Shown here: positions 29,616 through 39,417 of the stretch, in pieces
How the letters are laid out: every line of letters begins with the position of its first letter
How positions within the stretch are numbered: the stretch's first letter is position 1
Source: Gemmatimonadota bacterium
Lineage (GTDB): Bacteria > Latescibacterota > UBA2968 > UBA8231
Assembly (NCBI GenBank): GCA_038153405.1
Contig: JAYOYH010000001.1
Span: 128,156 to 192,155 of the forward strand
DNA length: 64,000 bases
Reading direction: 5' to 3'
Notes under the pieces: model-generated
The model's input: only the letters and a program-made list of their open reading frames with translations
Told to the model about the DNA's origin: nothing
The model's database searches: none
Program-made: the position numbers and the translations under genes

Positions 29616-30152
29616 TTAGTCTTCGTCGTCGCTCAGCCAGTAGCGCCGATACTCCTCTAAATAGGTCAGGGTATTGAGATCGTCCATGCGATCGGGGAAC
29701 AGCACGCCGTCGAGGTGGTCGACTTCGTGCTGAAGCACGCGGGCAAAAAAGTCGCGCGCGATAAACTCGATCTGCTGCCCGCCGCGGTCTAACCCTCGCA
29801 CTGTCACTTCAATGAAACGCGGCACGACACCGCGCACATCGGGTATACTCAGGCAGCCTTCCCAGCCGGGGCTGCGCTTCTCCGACAGGGCGGTGAGCTC
29901 TGGATTAAAGAGAACGATGAGGGGAATGCCCTCCTCTTCGTCTTCTACTTCGGGATCGCCCAGCACGATGAGGCGCAGGCTTTGAAAGACCTGGGGTGCA
30001 GCTAAGCCGATGCCCTCGTGGTCGATCATTGTTTCGATCATATCATCGACCAAGCGCTGCAGGTCTGGGTCGGCGATGCGCGCCCGATCGATGGGCGCTG
30101 CCTGGCGGCGCAAAATGGGGTGGCCCATGCGCGATACGCGTAGGATCGACAT
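29616..30152 (-). CDS. def: Peptide deformylase
   Basis: GIGLAAPQ, EGCLSIP and QHEVDHL motifs. Confidence 0.96.
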   Translation of the reverse strand: MSILRVSRMGHPILRRQAAPIDRARIADPDLQRLVDDMIETMIDHEGIGLAAPQVFQSLRLIVLGDPEVEDEEEGIPLIVLFNPELTALSEKRSPGWEGCLSIPDVRGVVPRFIEVTVRGLDRGGQQIEFIARDFFARVLQHEVDHLDGVLFPDRMDDLNTLTYLEEYRRYWLSDDED

Positions 30153-30230
30153 CCGAAAAAACTCCTATACATGCAGTGTGTGATGGGTCTGGTTTAATAA
30201 CAGGGCGTGTAAGAGCGCTGTCAAACGCGG

Positions 30231-30839
30231 TTAGCGCACGCCGAGTTGGCCCAGTCGACGGCGCACTTTTTCTGCCTGCTTTGGCTCCATCGCGTCGAGG
30301 GCAGCGGCGCGCTTCTCGGTCGTAAAATGGCGCAGGGTTTGAGCGATGGATTCGTCGTCGAGGGGTGTCAACTCGGCGGCGACGGCTTGGGGTGGCAGTG
30401 CTGCCAACGCCTTGGCCAGCGATTGCAGCATGGAATCGCGATCCTTGGTCAACGCGCCAATTTCGCGGCGCAGTTCGTTTTTGAGCGTTGAAAACTCGCG
30501 CAGCGTCGTCGGATCGGGCTGCAGTGGGCTTGCCGTTGGCGTCGGGGCTTGGGCCTGTTGAGGCACGGGGGGGAGAAGGGGCGGAGCGCTAGAGGTGACC
30601 ACTTCGCTCTGCGTCGTAGGCCGTGTTGTGGCGCGGGCGGGTGTGGTGGAGGGCCGAGTCGGGCTCTGCAACTTCTGCGCTGAGTGGACGGTCTCGGCGC
30701 GCTGTGTTGTCCCGCGGTGTACGCGCTGGGGAGGGGCGCTTGGCCGATCGCTTCCAACGGCGCTCATCATAATAGCTAAGACGATGAAAAAAGAGAGGCT
30801 CATACCTCCAAAGAGAAGTAGCAGTCCTTTGATATTCAT
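30231..30839 (-). CDS. MotE/FlbB-like membrane-anchored protein (MgtE_N/FliG-like C-terminus)
   Basis: N-terminal TM, Pro/Thr-rich linker, coiled coil, then LAALPPQAVAAEL..LDDE...AAALDAMEPKQA. Confidence 0.6.
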   Translation of the reverse strand: MNIKGLLLLFGGMSLSFFIVLAIMMSAVGSDRPSAPPQRVHRGTTQRAETVHSAQKLQSPTRPSTTPARATTRPTTQSEVVTSSAPPLLPPVPQQAQAPTPTASPLQPDPTTLREFSTLKNELRREIGALTKDRDSMLQSLAKALAALPPQAVAAELTPLDDESIAQTLRHFTTEKRAAALDAMEPKQAEKVRRRLGQLGVR

Positions 30840-30977
30840 GTTCGCAGGAAAGAGGATGTCCGTTCGTTGCGGTCTTGACGAGTCCGTAAGCGATGTGCGC
30901 TCAGCTGCAATAGCACGGTGGGCGACGCCTTGGCCCGCCGTAATCTACGACTCATAGCAAAGCGCGGACCAGAGAAA

Positions 30978-31610
30978 TCAGTCTGGGTTGACGGGCGCCG
31001 TCGCCGCGGTGCGGCAGCAGCGAAACCCGATTAAATCGAGGCGGTATTCGCCGTCTAGAAAGCGTCCGTAGCGCGCATCCGTGCGCGCCATATTGGCGTT
31101 GTGAAAGTAGGATCCCCCGCGCACGGCCCGCCACTGCTGCTGCTGGGAATACCAAGAAGAGGTCCACTCCCACGCGTTGCCGATCATATCGTGCAGGCCG
31201 TAGCTATTGGTGCACTGAGCAAACGCCCCGCTGGGCGCCAGACCGGCACCGCCCACCCATTGGCCATTGCGCTGCAGCGGCGTATTGCAGCGACCAGACT
31301 CGAAGGTTTCTCCATAGCTGTAGGGATAATTTTCCGGTCCGGTCGCCGCGCGCTGCCATTCCTGTTCGGTGCACAGGCGCTTTTCTTCTGCCTGACAGAG
31401 CTGCTCGGCTTGGCCAAAGGTTACGTCAACCATGGGCATGGCGCCGCGTTGGTTGGGGTATTCGTAGACGTCGATAAAGAAGTTGTCGATGAGGACCATG
31501 CCGCCGTCTTGAGTCGATTCGGGCGGCGGTGGGGTGGCAGGCGGGGTCTGCGCCCAATCGGCCGTGGCGAGAGCCAGTAAGATCGCGGTGGCAGCTACGC
31601 ATTGTTTCAT
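30978..31610 (-). CDS. Formylglycine-generating-enzyme (FGE-sulfatase) domain protein, exported
   Basis: FFIDVYEYPN, KRLCTEQEW, GLHDMIGNAWEW, RGGS and GFRCC motifs; signal peptide. Confidence 0.88.
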   Translation of the reverse strand: MKQCVAATAILLALATADWAQTPPATPPPPESTQDGGMVLIDNFFIDVYEYPNQRGAMPMVDVTFGQAEQLCQAEEKRLCTEQEWQRAATGPENYPYSYGETFESGRCNTPLQRNGQWVGGAGLAPSGAFAQCTNSYGLHDMIGNAWEWTSSWYSQQQQWRAVRGGSYFHNANMARTDARYGRFLDGEYRLDLIGFRCCRTAATAPVNPD

Positions 31611-31699
31611 CGCTGTGCCTCAGCTGGGTATATATAGGCGTTTGGAGTCGGTGTGATGCCGCTCGATGATCGGCTTTGAGACCGGGTCCAGCGCGCCTG

Positions 31700-32647
31700 C
31701 TACGGGGCGAAGTGAATGACGCCAAAGCGCGCCGGATGGTGAAAGCCGCGCTGGTAGGTCTCGCTCCACGTGTTGTATTCGGTCTGTTCGCCGTAGCGCT
31801 CGTTGGCGTCGCGCAGCGGCTGCAGCTGGCGCTCCAAGTCGGCCAAGGTGCGCTGCGCATCGGGGCTGAGGCCATCGCGCTGTCCAACGGCCACGCCGCT
31901 TTCCTCCCACAGCGCGGCTATCGCCTGATTGATGGCCTGCGATGCGTCGGCCATTTCATTTAGGGCTAGCTTGGCTTGACGTCCGGCCTTGCGCTCGATG
32001 CGGTAGAGATTGAGTCGCCAGTCGGTACCGGGAGTTGGGCGCTGACCGCCGGGTATATCGCTGGCCATGGCCGACCACGGAATCGCGATCTCCACGCTCC
32101 AGCCCTGATCGACATCGCTGTTGTCGTTGACCGTACCGTAGGTTTGCACCGCCGTTTTTAGCCCTGCTATATCCCATTCGACGGACGAGCGGAACTCGGG
32201 TTCCACCGAGTAAATCAGCAGGTCGACGACGGTGTTGGTCGGACTCACTTCCAACTCTAGATAATCGCGGCCATCGCCGTCGGGATCGATAAAGACTTCG
32301 ACGACCTCTTCCTCCCATAGGCGATCGTCTTCCCGATCGTATATCGCCCACATATCGCCGTCTACACAGGTAAAGGCGAAGTAAAAGTACTCATCGTCCC
32401 ACAGCATTTTGGCGTGCGTCGGCCAATCGACAGCGTCGTAGTCGTTGAGGATGCGCTCGAATTGGTTGATTTGTCCGGCCCGTTCCCAGGCATACTCATC
32501 GAGGCGACCGTCGATGGCGATGGGGGATATGGCGCGCTGGACTTGATAATGGGCCACGTGTCCGGATTCCGTCACATAGGTCTGCTCTGCCCATAGACTC
32601 GCGGCGGACAGGAGCACTGCGCAGGTGATGTTTGCTAGCATGAGCAT
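31700..32647 (-). CDS. CBM9-like (DOMON-like) sugar-binding protein, exported
   Basis: IDGRLDE, LWDDEYFY, VEVFIDPDGDG, WSVEIAIPW, WRLNLYR and FHHPARFG motifs. Confidence 0.8.
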   Translation of the reverse strand: MLMLANITCAVLLSAASLWAEQTYVTESGHVAHYQVQRAISPIAIDGRLDEYAWERAGQINQFERILNDYDAVDWPTHAKMLWDDEYFYFAFTCVDGDMWAIYDREDDRLWEEEVVEVFIDPDGDGRDYLELEVSPTNTVVDLLIYSVEPEFRSSVEWDIAGLKTAVQTYGTVNDNSDVDQGWSVEIAIPWSAMASDIPGGQRPTPGTDWRLNLYRIERKAGRQAKLALNEMADASQAINQAIAALWEESGVAVGQRDGLSPDAQRTLADLERQLQPLRDANERYGEQTEYNTWSETYQRGFHHPARFGVIHFAP

Positions 32648-32713
32648 CCTTTCGCTAGGGCCGGAAATATAGCGATGGATCGGATGGGTGGGCAAATGGC
32701 CGGTGGAATGAGA

Positions 32714-32726
32714 GGAAAGGATTTCC
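32714..32726 (+). promoter_or_regulatory. Candidate sigma54 activator binding site
   Basis: GGAAAGGATTTCC dyad ending 94 bp before the -24 GG, the same spacing as at fliC1. Confidence 0.5.
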
Positions 32727-32818
32727 CTGGCGAAGCGCGCTGCTAACGTGTGATAAAATAATTATAAAACAATAAATAACATGGTTTTAAGGGTTTTATA
32801 GGCGGTGTCTCATAGAGG

Positions 32819-32834
32819 TGGCATAGGCCTTGCT
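32819..32834 (+). promoter_or_regulatory. sigma54 promoter of the flgF operon
   Basis: TGGCATAGGCCTTGCT (GG-N10-GC), preceded by an AT-rich tract. Confidence 0.85.
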
Positions 32835-32882
32835 CAAAAGGGAGCGGAACTGCATGGAACATTTCACCTACGAGTGCATGAG

Positions 32883-33674
32883 ATGATAGAGGGACTCTTT
32901 ATATCGGCATCGGGTATGTTGCCCAAATCGACGCGCCAGGAGGCGATTGCCAACAATCTGGCAAACTCGGAAGTGCCTGGTTTTAAAAAGGATAACATGT
33001 TTTTGCGCGAGATGCGCGAACAGATGAAGCGCCAATCGGGCGACTATCCGGACTGGCGTATTAACCGCTTTGAAGGCGTGTGGACCGACCACGAACAGGG
33101 CGCTCTGCGCCATACGGGCGATGTCTTTGATATGGCTATAAACGGAAAAGGTTTCTTTGCTGTGCAAACGCCGGAAGGCGTGCAGTATACGCGCAACGGC
33201 AATTTCTCCAAGGACGAACTGGGGCAGCTCGTAACGCCTCTCGGTCATGTGGTGCTGGGCGAGGGCGGGGGACCGATAACGATCCCAGAAAACTACCAGC
33301 GCCCGGAAATCGACGCCTCTGGAACGGTGCGCGTCCGCGATGAGTTACTGGGTGAACAGACGGTTGTTGGCCAGATTCAAATAGTTGATTTTCCTGAGCT
33401 TTACGATAGAAATGCAGCCGCGCAAACGCCCTATCAGACCCCGCTCAAAAAGGGTCGCGACGGGTTGTTTATACCTCATCCGGCCACGCCGCAGGTGACG
33501 GCGGATAACTTCGTAATTTCACAGGGCTTTCTCGAGGAATCCAACGTTGAACCGGTGCTGGAAATGGTCAAGATGATCGATGTCTTCCGCGCCTATGAAT
33601 CGGAACAGCGGGCCATACAGGTGCAGGATTCGACGCTTGAACGCGCGGTAAACGACTTGGGCCGCGTAAGCTAG
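32883..33674 (+). CDS. flgF: Flagellar basal-body rod protein FlgF
   Basis: IANNLAN..PGFKKD, YTRNGNF and QGFLEESNVEPVLEM motifs; precedes flgG. Confidence 0.88.
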   Translation: MIEGLFISASGMLPKSTRQEAIANNLANSEVPGFKKDNMFLREMREQMKRQSGDYPDWRINRFEGVWTDHEQGALRHTGDVFDMAINGKGFFAVQTPEGVQYTRNGNFSKDELGQLVTPLGHVVLGEGGGPITIPENYQRPEIDASGTVRVRDELLGEQTVVGQIQIVDFPELYDRNAAAQTPYQTPLKKGRDGLFIPHPATPQVTADNFVISQGFLEESNVEPVLEMVKMIDVFRAYESEQRAIQVQDSTLERAVNDLGRVS

Positions 33675-33694
33675 GATAACGGGGAGAACGGACT

Positions 33695-34483
33695 ATGAGC
33701 AGGGCACTTTACACGGCAGCAACGGGCATGATCGCCCAGCAGATGAACGTCGACAATATCGCCAACAACTTGGCCAACGTGAATACCACGGGCTATAAGA
33801 AGAGCAAGATGGAGTTTCAGGATCTGCTCTACCAGCAGCTGCGCTTGGCCGGTGCGACGCAGGCCGAGGGCGCGCAGGTGCCGGTCGAACTGCAGATCGG
33901 CTACGGCACGCGCCCGGTCGCCACGCAGCGCATTTTCTCGCAGGGCACGATCGTGCCGACGGGTAACCCGCTCGACGTATCGATCGACGGCGACGGATTC
34001 TTGCAGGTTACGCTGCCCGACGGCACGACGGCCTACACGCGCGATGGCGCCCTAAAGGTCTCTTCCGATGGCACGATTGTCACTTCGGACGGCTACTCGC
34101 TCGAACCGCAGATCACGCTGCCTCCCGATGCAACTGACGTCAATATATCGTCTAACGGCGAGGTCGCCGTCAAACTGCCGGGCGATGCCGCCTTTCAAAC
34201 CGTGGGCCAGTTCGAACTGGGGCGCTTTATCAACCCGGCCGGTCTCAAGAGCGTCGGCCGCAATCTAATGTTGGAGACGCAGGCCTCGGGCAATCCGATT
34301 ATCGGAGCGCCAGACGAAGGGGGATTTGGAAAGTTATCGCAGCGCTTTCTCGAATTGTCCAACGTGGAAGTGGTCGATGAGATGGTGAGTATGATCGTGG
34401 CGCAGCGCGCTTACGAGATCAACTCGCGTGCCATCCAGACTTCGGAAGAAATGCTGTCCAACGCCAATAACCTGAAGCGCTAG
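33695..34483 (+). CDS. flgG: Flagellar distal rod protein FlgG
   Basis: RALYTAATGMIAQQ, FQDLLYQ, YTRDG and LELSNVEVVDEM motifs; 262 aa. Confidence 0.96.
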   Translation: MSRALYTAATGMIAQQMNVDNIANNLANVNTTGYKKSKMEFQDLLYQQLRLAGATQAEGAQVPVELQIGYGTRPVATQRIFSQGTIVPTGNPLDVSIDGDGFLQVTLPDGTTAYTRDGALKVSSDGTIVTSDGYSLEPQITLPPDATDVNISSNGEVAVKLPGDAAFQTVGQFELGRFINPAGLKSVGRNLMLETQASGNPIIGAPDEGGFGKLSQRFLELSNVEVVDEMVSMIVAQRAYEINSRAIQTSEEMLSNANNLKR

Positions 34484-34510
34484 TAGCGGGCGAAGAAAGG
34501 TAGGGAAACC

Positions 34511-35221
34511 ATGAAATCGCTTATCGCATTTATCGCAATCGCCCTCGCATGGGCAACGGCCGTTCGCGCCGAGACCACGATTGGTCCCGAGGAAATACAG
34601 CGCGCTGTGGAAAGTTTTGTGATGGCGCAGGTCAAAGCCGAAGTGCCGGAAGATACGCGCGTCGTGATCGACGTGCGCTGGCAAAGGGAACTACAGTTGT
34701 CCGGCCAAGGAACGGCGCAGATTCGCGTGCGCCGCACGTCGTCGCGGCCGCTGCGCGGTCCGAGCGTCATGCGCGTCGGCATCGACGTCGACGGCCAAAC
34801 GCAGCACACCATGAGCGTGACGGCCGACGTGCGCATCTGGCGACCGGTCGTCGTGGCCAGCCACATGCTGCAGCGCGGCGAGGTCATTGGCGCTGCGAGC
34901 TGCGAAGTGGCCGAGCGCGACGTTACGCAGGTGCGTGGACAGTACTACGCTGATGCGCTCGCGCTGCAGGGGATGCGCGCCCGCAGGACGGTAGGTATTG
35001 GCGATATCGTAACGGACAACCACGTGGAAAAGATGCCGGTCGTGCGGCGCGGCGACGCCATCGTGCTGGTGGCGCGTGTCGGAAGCATGAGCATGTCGGC
35101 CTCGGGCGAAGCGCTGCAGGACGGCGGTATTGGCGACCGCATTCGCGTCAAAAACAGCGATTCGGGAAAAACTGTCTATGGGCACGTCCTTGAGGGCGGC
35201 GCCATACGGGTGGGGCTATGA
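34511..35221 (+). CDS. flgA: P-ring formation chaperone FlgA
   Basis: Signal peptide, SAF-like domain, VVRRGD and GEALQDGGIGDRIRVKNSDSGK motifs. Confidence 0.92.
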   Translation: MKSLIAFIAIALAWATAVRAETTIGPEEIQRAVESFVMAQVKAEVPEDTRVVIDVRWQRELQLSGQGTAQIRVRRTSSRPLRGPSVMRVGIDVDGQTQHTMSVTADVRIWRPVVVASHMLQRGEVIGAASCEVAERDVTQVRGQYYADALALQGMRARRTVGIGDIVTDNHVEKMPVVRRGDAIVLVARVGSMSMSASGEALQDGGIGDRIRVKNSDSGKTVYGHVLEGGAIRVGL

Positions 35222-35805
35222 TCTTCTGCGCAACGCGCTGGAAGTGGGCCCTGCTGACGGCTTGTATTGCACTCGTGCCGCAGCTGGCTTCGGCTCAATT
35301 TCGCTCGCTCTACTCCGACCCCAAGGCCAATCGCATTGGCGATGCGCTAACGGTCATAATCCAGGAAAATGCCACGGCTAGCAACCAGGCGTCGACGGCT
35401 ACGGGTAAGAGCAATAGCGCATCGGTCGGCAGCGCGGTGCCGGGGGCTGGCAACTTACTCGACTTTATTCCCCTGCACTCGTTTGACAGCAACTACAGCA
35501 ACGACTATCAGGGACAGGCCTCGACCTCGCGCAGCGCGCGTTTAACTGCGCGTATGACGGTAACCGTTATGGCGATAAAGCCCAATGGTGACCTAATCGT
35601 CGAGGGCGTGCGCACGCTGAAGATCAACGGGGAGACGGAGGCCATTTATCTGAACGGTTCGGTCAGTCCGCCGATGGTGCGCCGCGACAATACCGTGCTG
35701 TCGTCGAGCATCGCAGATTTGCAGATCGAATACACGGGTAAGGGCACCATCACGCAGGGAACGCGCCCGGGCCTATTGGCGCGCTTTATCAACTGGATTT
35801 TCTGA
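35218..35805 (+). CDS. flgH: Flagellar L-ring protein FlgH
   Basis: SLYSDPKA.RIGDALTVII.E, PNGDLIVEG and DNTVLSSSIAD motifs. Confidence 0.92.
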   Translation: MIFCATRWKWALLTACIALVPQLASAQFRSLYSDPKANRIGDALTVIIQENATASNQASTATGKSNSASVGSAVPGAGNLLDFIPLHSFDSNYSNDYQGQASTSRSARLTARMTVTVMAIKPNGDLIVEGVRTLKINGETEAIYLNGSVSPPMVRRDNTVLSSSIADLQIEYTGKGTITQGTRPGLLARFINWIF

Positions 35806-35806
35806 T

Positions 35807-36925
35807 ATGCAGGGGCGTAGGGTAATGGATATGTGGAAGGGGGTATGGGTAGTCGCGGCCTTGTTGGGTTTCTGTGCACCCAGCAGCGCTGCGCCGGCCG
35901 TGCGCATTAAGGACTTGGCTACGGTGCAAATGGGCCAAGAAGTGCCGCTGACCGGGATTGGCTTGGTCATCGGTCTCGAGGGCACGGGCGATGGGCGGCG
36001 TTCGGAGTTTACCTTTCAGATGCTGGCCAATATGATGCACCACATGAAAATAGCCGTCACCCCTGAACAGGTGCGCGTGCGCAACGTCGCCAGCGTAAGC
36101 GTGTCGGCGACGCTGTCGCCGTTCGATCGAAAAGGCAGCCGCATCGATGTGCAGATAGCTTCGATGGGCGATGCCTCGTCGCTGCAGGGGGGCCGATTAT
36201 TGCAGTCGCTGTTGGTCGGGCCCGATGGCACGGCCTACGTGACGGCTCAAGGATCTATTTCAATTGGTGGGTTTAATCTGGGCGGCGGCGGCGCTGGGTC
36301 GGTGCGCAAAAACCACACCGTGGTTGGCAGTGTGCCCAGCGGCGGCATCGTCATTGAGGAAACGGAAAAGCTGGAAGAGCTGCAGAAAGAACTCACGCTG
36401 ATGCTCTACCAGTCTGACTGGACTACGGCGGCACGCATGTCTTACGCGATAAACGAGCACTTCGGCGAAATGGATCTGGCGCGGGCTGTCGATCCGGCAA
36501 CCATTGTGATGGCGCTGGATCCGCTGCGCAGCAGTCCGCAGGATATGGTCGATTTCGTCGCCGAATTGGAGCGGATTTCCGTCGTGCCCGACCTGCCGGC
36601 GAGGGTGGTCGTAAACGAGCGCACGGGCACGGTAATCATCGGTGAAAACGTGTCGGTCTCTGCCGTGGCGCTCTCACACGGAAGCTTAAAGCTGAAGATC
36701 CCCGGCGATGGCGGCGGCGATGCCTTCGGCGGAGAAGCCGAAGTCATTGAGGAGCCGGATCGGCTGCATCCCATCATCAGTTCATTTGACGTGGGGGCCA
36801 TGCCGACGGTGCGCGAATTGGTGCGCAATCTAAATGCGCTCGGGGTAACGCCGCGCGATTTAATTTCGATCTTGCAGTCGCTAAAGGCGGCTGGCGCGCT
36901 GCGCGCTGAACTGGTCATTCAATAG
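35807..36925 (+). CDS. flgI: Flagellar P-ring protein FlgI
   Basis: RIKDLA, GLVIGLEGTGD, GDASSLQGG, VVNERTGT and LQSLKAAGALRAEL motifs; true start may be a few codons downstream. Confidence 0.95.
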   Translation: MQGRRVMDMWKGVWVVAALLGFCAPSSAAPAVRIKDLATVQMGQEVPLTGIGLVIGLEGTGDGRRSEFTFQMLANMMHHMKIAVTPEQVRVRNVASVSVSATLSPFDRKGSRIDVQIASMGDASSLQGGRLLQSLLVGPDGTAYVTAQGSISIGGFNLGGGGAGSVRKNHTVVGSVPSGGIVIEETEKLEELQKELTLMLYQSDWTTAARMSYAINEHFGEMDLARAVDPATIVMALDPLRSSPQDMVDFVAELERISVVPDLPARVVVNERTGTVIIGENVSVSAVALSHGSLKLKIPGDGGGDAFGGEAEVIEEPDRLHPIISSFDVGAMPTVRELVRNLNALGVTPRDLISILQSLKAAGALRAELVIQ

Positions 36926-36943
36926 CCAAGGCTGGGAGTTGCA

Positions 36944-37402
36944 ATGGATATCAACAACACGCTTAAGATGCCACTGTCGCTGCAGGGGGCCGATGTTAAA
37001 GGCGCCAGCGATAAGCTGGATATTCGCGCGCTGACGGGAAAGGTGCACGGCAGTGTCGAAGAGCGTCGCACTGCCCTGCGCCAGGCGTCGCGCCAGTTCG
37101 AGGCCGTTTTTATCAATCAGATGATATCGGCCATGCGCAAGACGGTGGGCGATGGAGGATTGATCGAGAAGAGCAATGGCCAGGACATCTTCGAGGGCAT
37201 GCTCGACGAGGAGTGGAGCAAGAAATTGGCGAATAAAGCCGGTCCCAATAGCCTGAGTGAAATTCTCTACCGACAGCTGAGTGCCCGCCTGGGTTTGGAT
37301 GAAGAAGCCGGCCTAGGCCAAGCGCCCGAGAAGGTGCAGCTCAACGAGTTTAGGGGAGCGCTGCCCACGCAATTACAGCGCCAGCAGGTGCGCGATGAAT
37401 GA
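36944..37402 (+). CDS. flgJ: FlgJ, rod-binding domain only
   Basis: LRQASRQFEAVFINQMISAMRKT...MLDEE...LYRQL; no muramidase domain. Confidence 0.88.
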   Translation: MDINNTLKMPLSLQGADVKGASDKLDIRALTGKVHGSVEERRTALRQASRQFEAVFINQMISAMRKTVGDGGLIEKSNGQDIFEGMLDEEWSKKLANKAGPNSLSEILYRQLSARLGLDEEAGLGQAPEKVQLNEFRGALPTQLQRQQVRDE

Positions 37403-37901
37403 GCAGCTGATAGCGGAACTGACCGCTGTAATAAACGATGAAGTGCGTGCATTCCACCGCCTACTAGAAGCTCTGCGCGAAGAGCAGCGCGCTATCGTAG
37501 AGGACGATATCGAGGCGATTGAGCAGTGTATTGCCATACAGAGCGAGGTGGCCGTAGCCGCACACCAGCTCGAAGGACGCCGGGTGCGCGTGGTGCAGCA
37601 ACTGGCCGAGCAACTCGATATGGATGCCGAAAACATCAGCCTGAGTCGCTTGGTAGAGGCGCTGGAAGATCCGCGCGCCGAAGAGCTGACGCAGATGCGC
37701 GAAAAACTGCTCGAGCTCAACGGAAAGATTCGCACTACGAGTGCCAACAACGCCTTTTTAATTCGCCAGTCGCTGCGCTATACAGAGCGCTGTCTCGACA
37801 TACTAACGGGACAGAGCGCCTTGCAGCGCGGCGTCTACGGCCAGTTTGGCAAGGTGCGCCGTGACTCGGGTGCGCGCTCCTTTCTGAACCAAACGGCGTA
37901 G
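37395..37901 (+). CDS. flgN: Flagellar chaperone FlgN
   Basis: Helical 168 aa between flgJ and flgK; N..LIRQSL and terminal Y...G motif. Confidence 0.85.
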   Translation: MNEQLIAELTAVINDEVRAFHRLLEALREEQRAIVEDDIEAIEQCIAIQSEVAVAAHQLEGRRVRVVQQLAEQLDMDAENISLSRLVEALEDPRAEELTQMREKLLELNGKIRTTSANNAFLIRQSLRYTERCLDILTGQSALQRGVYGQFGKVRRDSGARSFLNQTA

Positions 37902-37913
37902 GAGAGGTTAGAG

Positions 37914-39338
37914 ATGCCCGTCAACTCCCCAGCTCAGCACGGACTCGAGATCGGTCGCCGCGCCCTGCAGGCGCAGCAGGCCGCCCTCAACGTGACGGGC
38001 CACAATATCGCCAACGCCAACACGCCGGGTTTTTCGCGTCGTCAGATCAGCCTTGAGAACGCCATCTCCAGGGTTAATAATGGTATTGGCAGCGGGGCCG
38101 ACGTCGCGCAAATACAGCGCCAGCGCAACAGCTTTGACGATGCGCAGATGCGCGTGCAGCAGCAGTTATTGGGTCGCTGGGAGTCGCTAGAGCGGGCGCT
38201 GGGCAGCATAGAAGCCATTTTCAACGAGCCGGCCGGCGCCGGTTCTAGCGAGGCGGGAACGATCTTTAACGAGCCTTCGGGCATGGGATTGAGCGGTTCG
38301 CTAAGTCGTTTTTGGAACGCCTGGCAGGATCTGGCCAACGTACCCGAAAGCGGGGCGGCGCGCGCCGCCGTGCGCCAGGAAGCCGATTTTCTGGTTACGA
38401 CACTGCATCAATACAACGCCAAACTCAGCGAAACGCGCACCGAGTTGGACGAGCAAGTGGTGTGGGAAGTAGAGGATATAAACGAAATCTTGGACCAGCT
38501 GGGCGATATCAATGCCGCGCTGCCGGCTGCCGGATTTAGTGGGGGCGACGACGGCGACCTGAAAGACCGGCGCGACCTTCTATTAGACGAATTGTCGAAT
38601 AAGATTGACATCTCTATAACGGAGCGGGCAAACGGTCAAATCTCCGTCATGCTGTCCGGTCACAATCTGGTCGACGGCGACAGCGTTTCGCACCTGCGGG
38701 TGCGCCAGGTGTCCCAGGACGGTCGGCCGATCAGTCAGATCGTATACGAGGACGATGGGGGGGTAGCGCCCATCAGCGAGGGGCGCTTGCTTGGCTTGGT
38801 CGCCGTGCGCGATGAGATCGTTCCCGATCTGCTGGATCGCCTCGACCAAATGGCGGTGGGACTGGTCGAGCGCATCAATAGCTTGCATCGCACGGGATTT
38901 GGGTTGGACGGCAGCACGGGGAATAACTTCTTCGATCCAGAGAGCACGACAGCCAGCAATATTGCCATCGATCGGGCCGTTCTAGAAGACCTCGATAATA
39001 TCGCCGCCTCTGCCGACGGCAATTCGGGGGACAACGGCTTGGCGCTGGCCGTCAGCGCCGTGCGCAACGAGGGCATTCTCGAAGACGGCACGCAGACGAT
39101 GGACGGCTTTTACAACGAGATGCTCGGCGAGATCGGCGCGCGCAGCCGCGAGGCGCAGACCATGGCCGGAAACAACCGCCTGTTTGCCCAGCAGATAGAA
39201 AATCGCCGCCAGAGCGTGCAGGGCGTATCGCTCAACGATGAAGCCTCACAGCTAGTGCTTTTTCAGCGCGCCTACCAGGCCGCGGCCCGGGCCGTTTCTA
39301 TCATAGACGATCTGATGGAAGTAACCATAAACATTTAG
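37914..39338 (+). CDS. flgK: Hook-associated protein FlgK
   Basis: LNVTGHNIANANTPGFSRRQ, LKDRRDLLLDELS and GVSLNDEA...FQRAYQAAA motifs. Confidence 0.95.
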   Translation: MPVNSPAQHGLEIGRRALQAQQAALNVTGHNIANANTPGFSRRQISLENAISRVNNGIGSGADVAQIQRQRNSFDDAQMRVQQQLLGRWESLERALGSIEAIFNEPAGAGSSEAGTIFNEPSGMGLSGSLSRFWNAWQDLANVPESGAARAAVRQEADFLVTTLHQYNAKLSETRTELDEQVVWEVEDINEILDQLGDINAALPAAGFSGGDDGDLKDRRDLLLDELSNKIDISITERANGQISVMLSGHNLVDGDSVSHLRVRQVSQDGRPISQIVYEDDGGVAPISEGRLLGLVAVRDEIVPDLLDRLDQMAVGLVERINSLHRTGFGLDGSTGNNFFDPESTTASNIAIDRAVLEDLDNIAASADGNSGDNGLALAVSAVRNEGILEDGTQTMDGFYNEMLGEIGARSREAQTMAGNNRLFAQQIENRRQSVQGVSLNDEASQLVLFQRAYQAAARAVSIIDDLMEVTINI

Positions 39339-39362
39339 GTAAGCGGCCGTGCATAAAGCAAA

Positions 39363-39391
39363 TGGACATATTTTAACGACCCCCCTATATT
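39363..39391 (+). promoter_or_regulatory. Internal sigma70-type promoter upstream of flgL-fliW-csrA
   Basis: TGGACA-N17-TATATT in the flgK-flgL spacer. Confidence 0.55.
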
Positions 39392-39417
39392 TGGGGCGTC
39401 TCCCGTAGGAGATCGAT

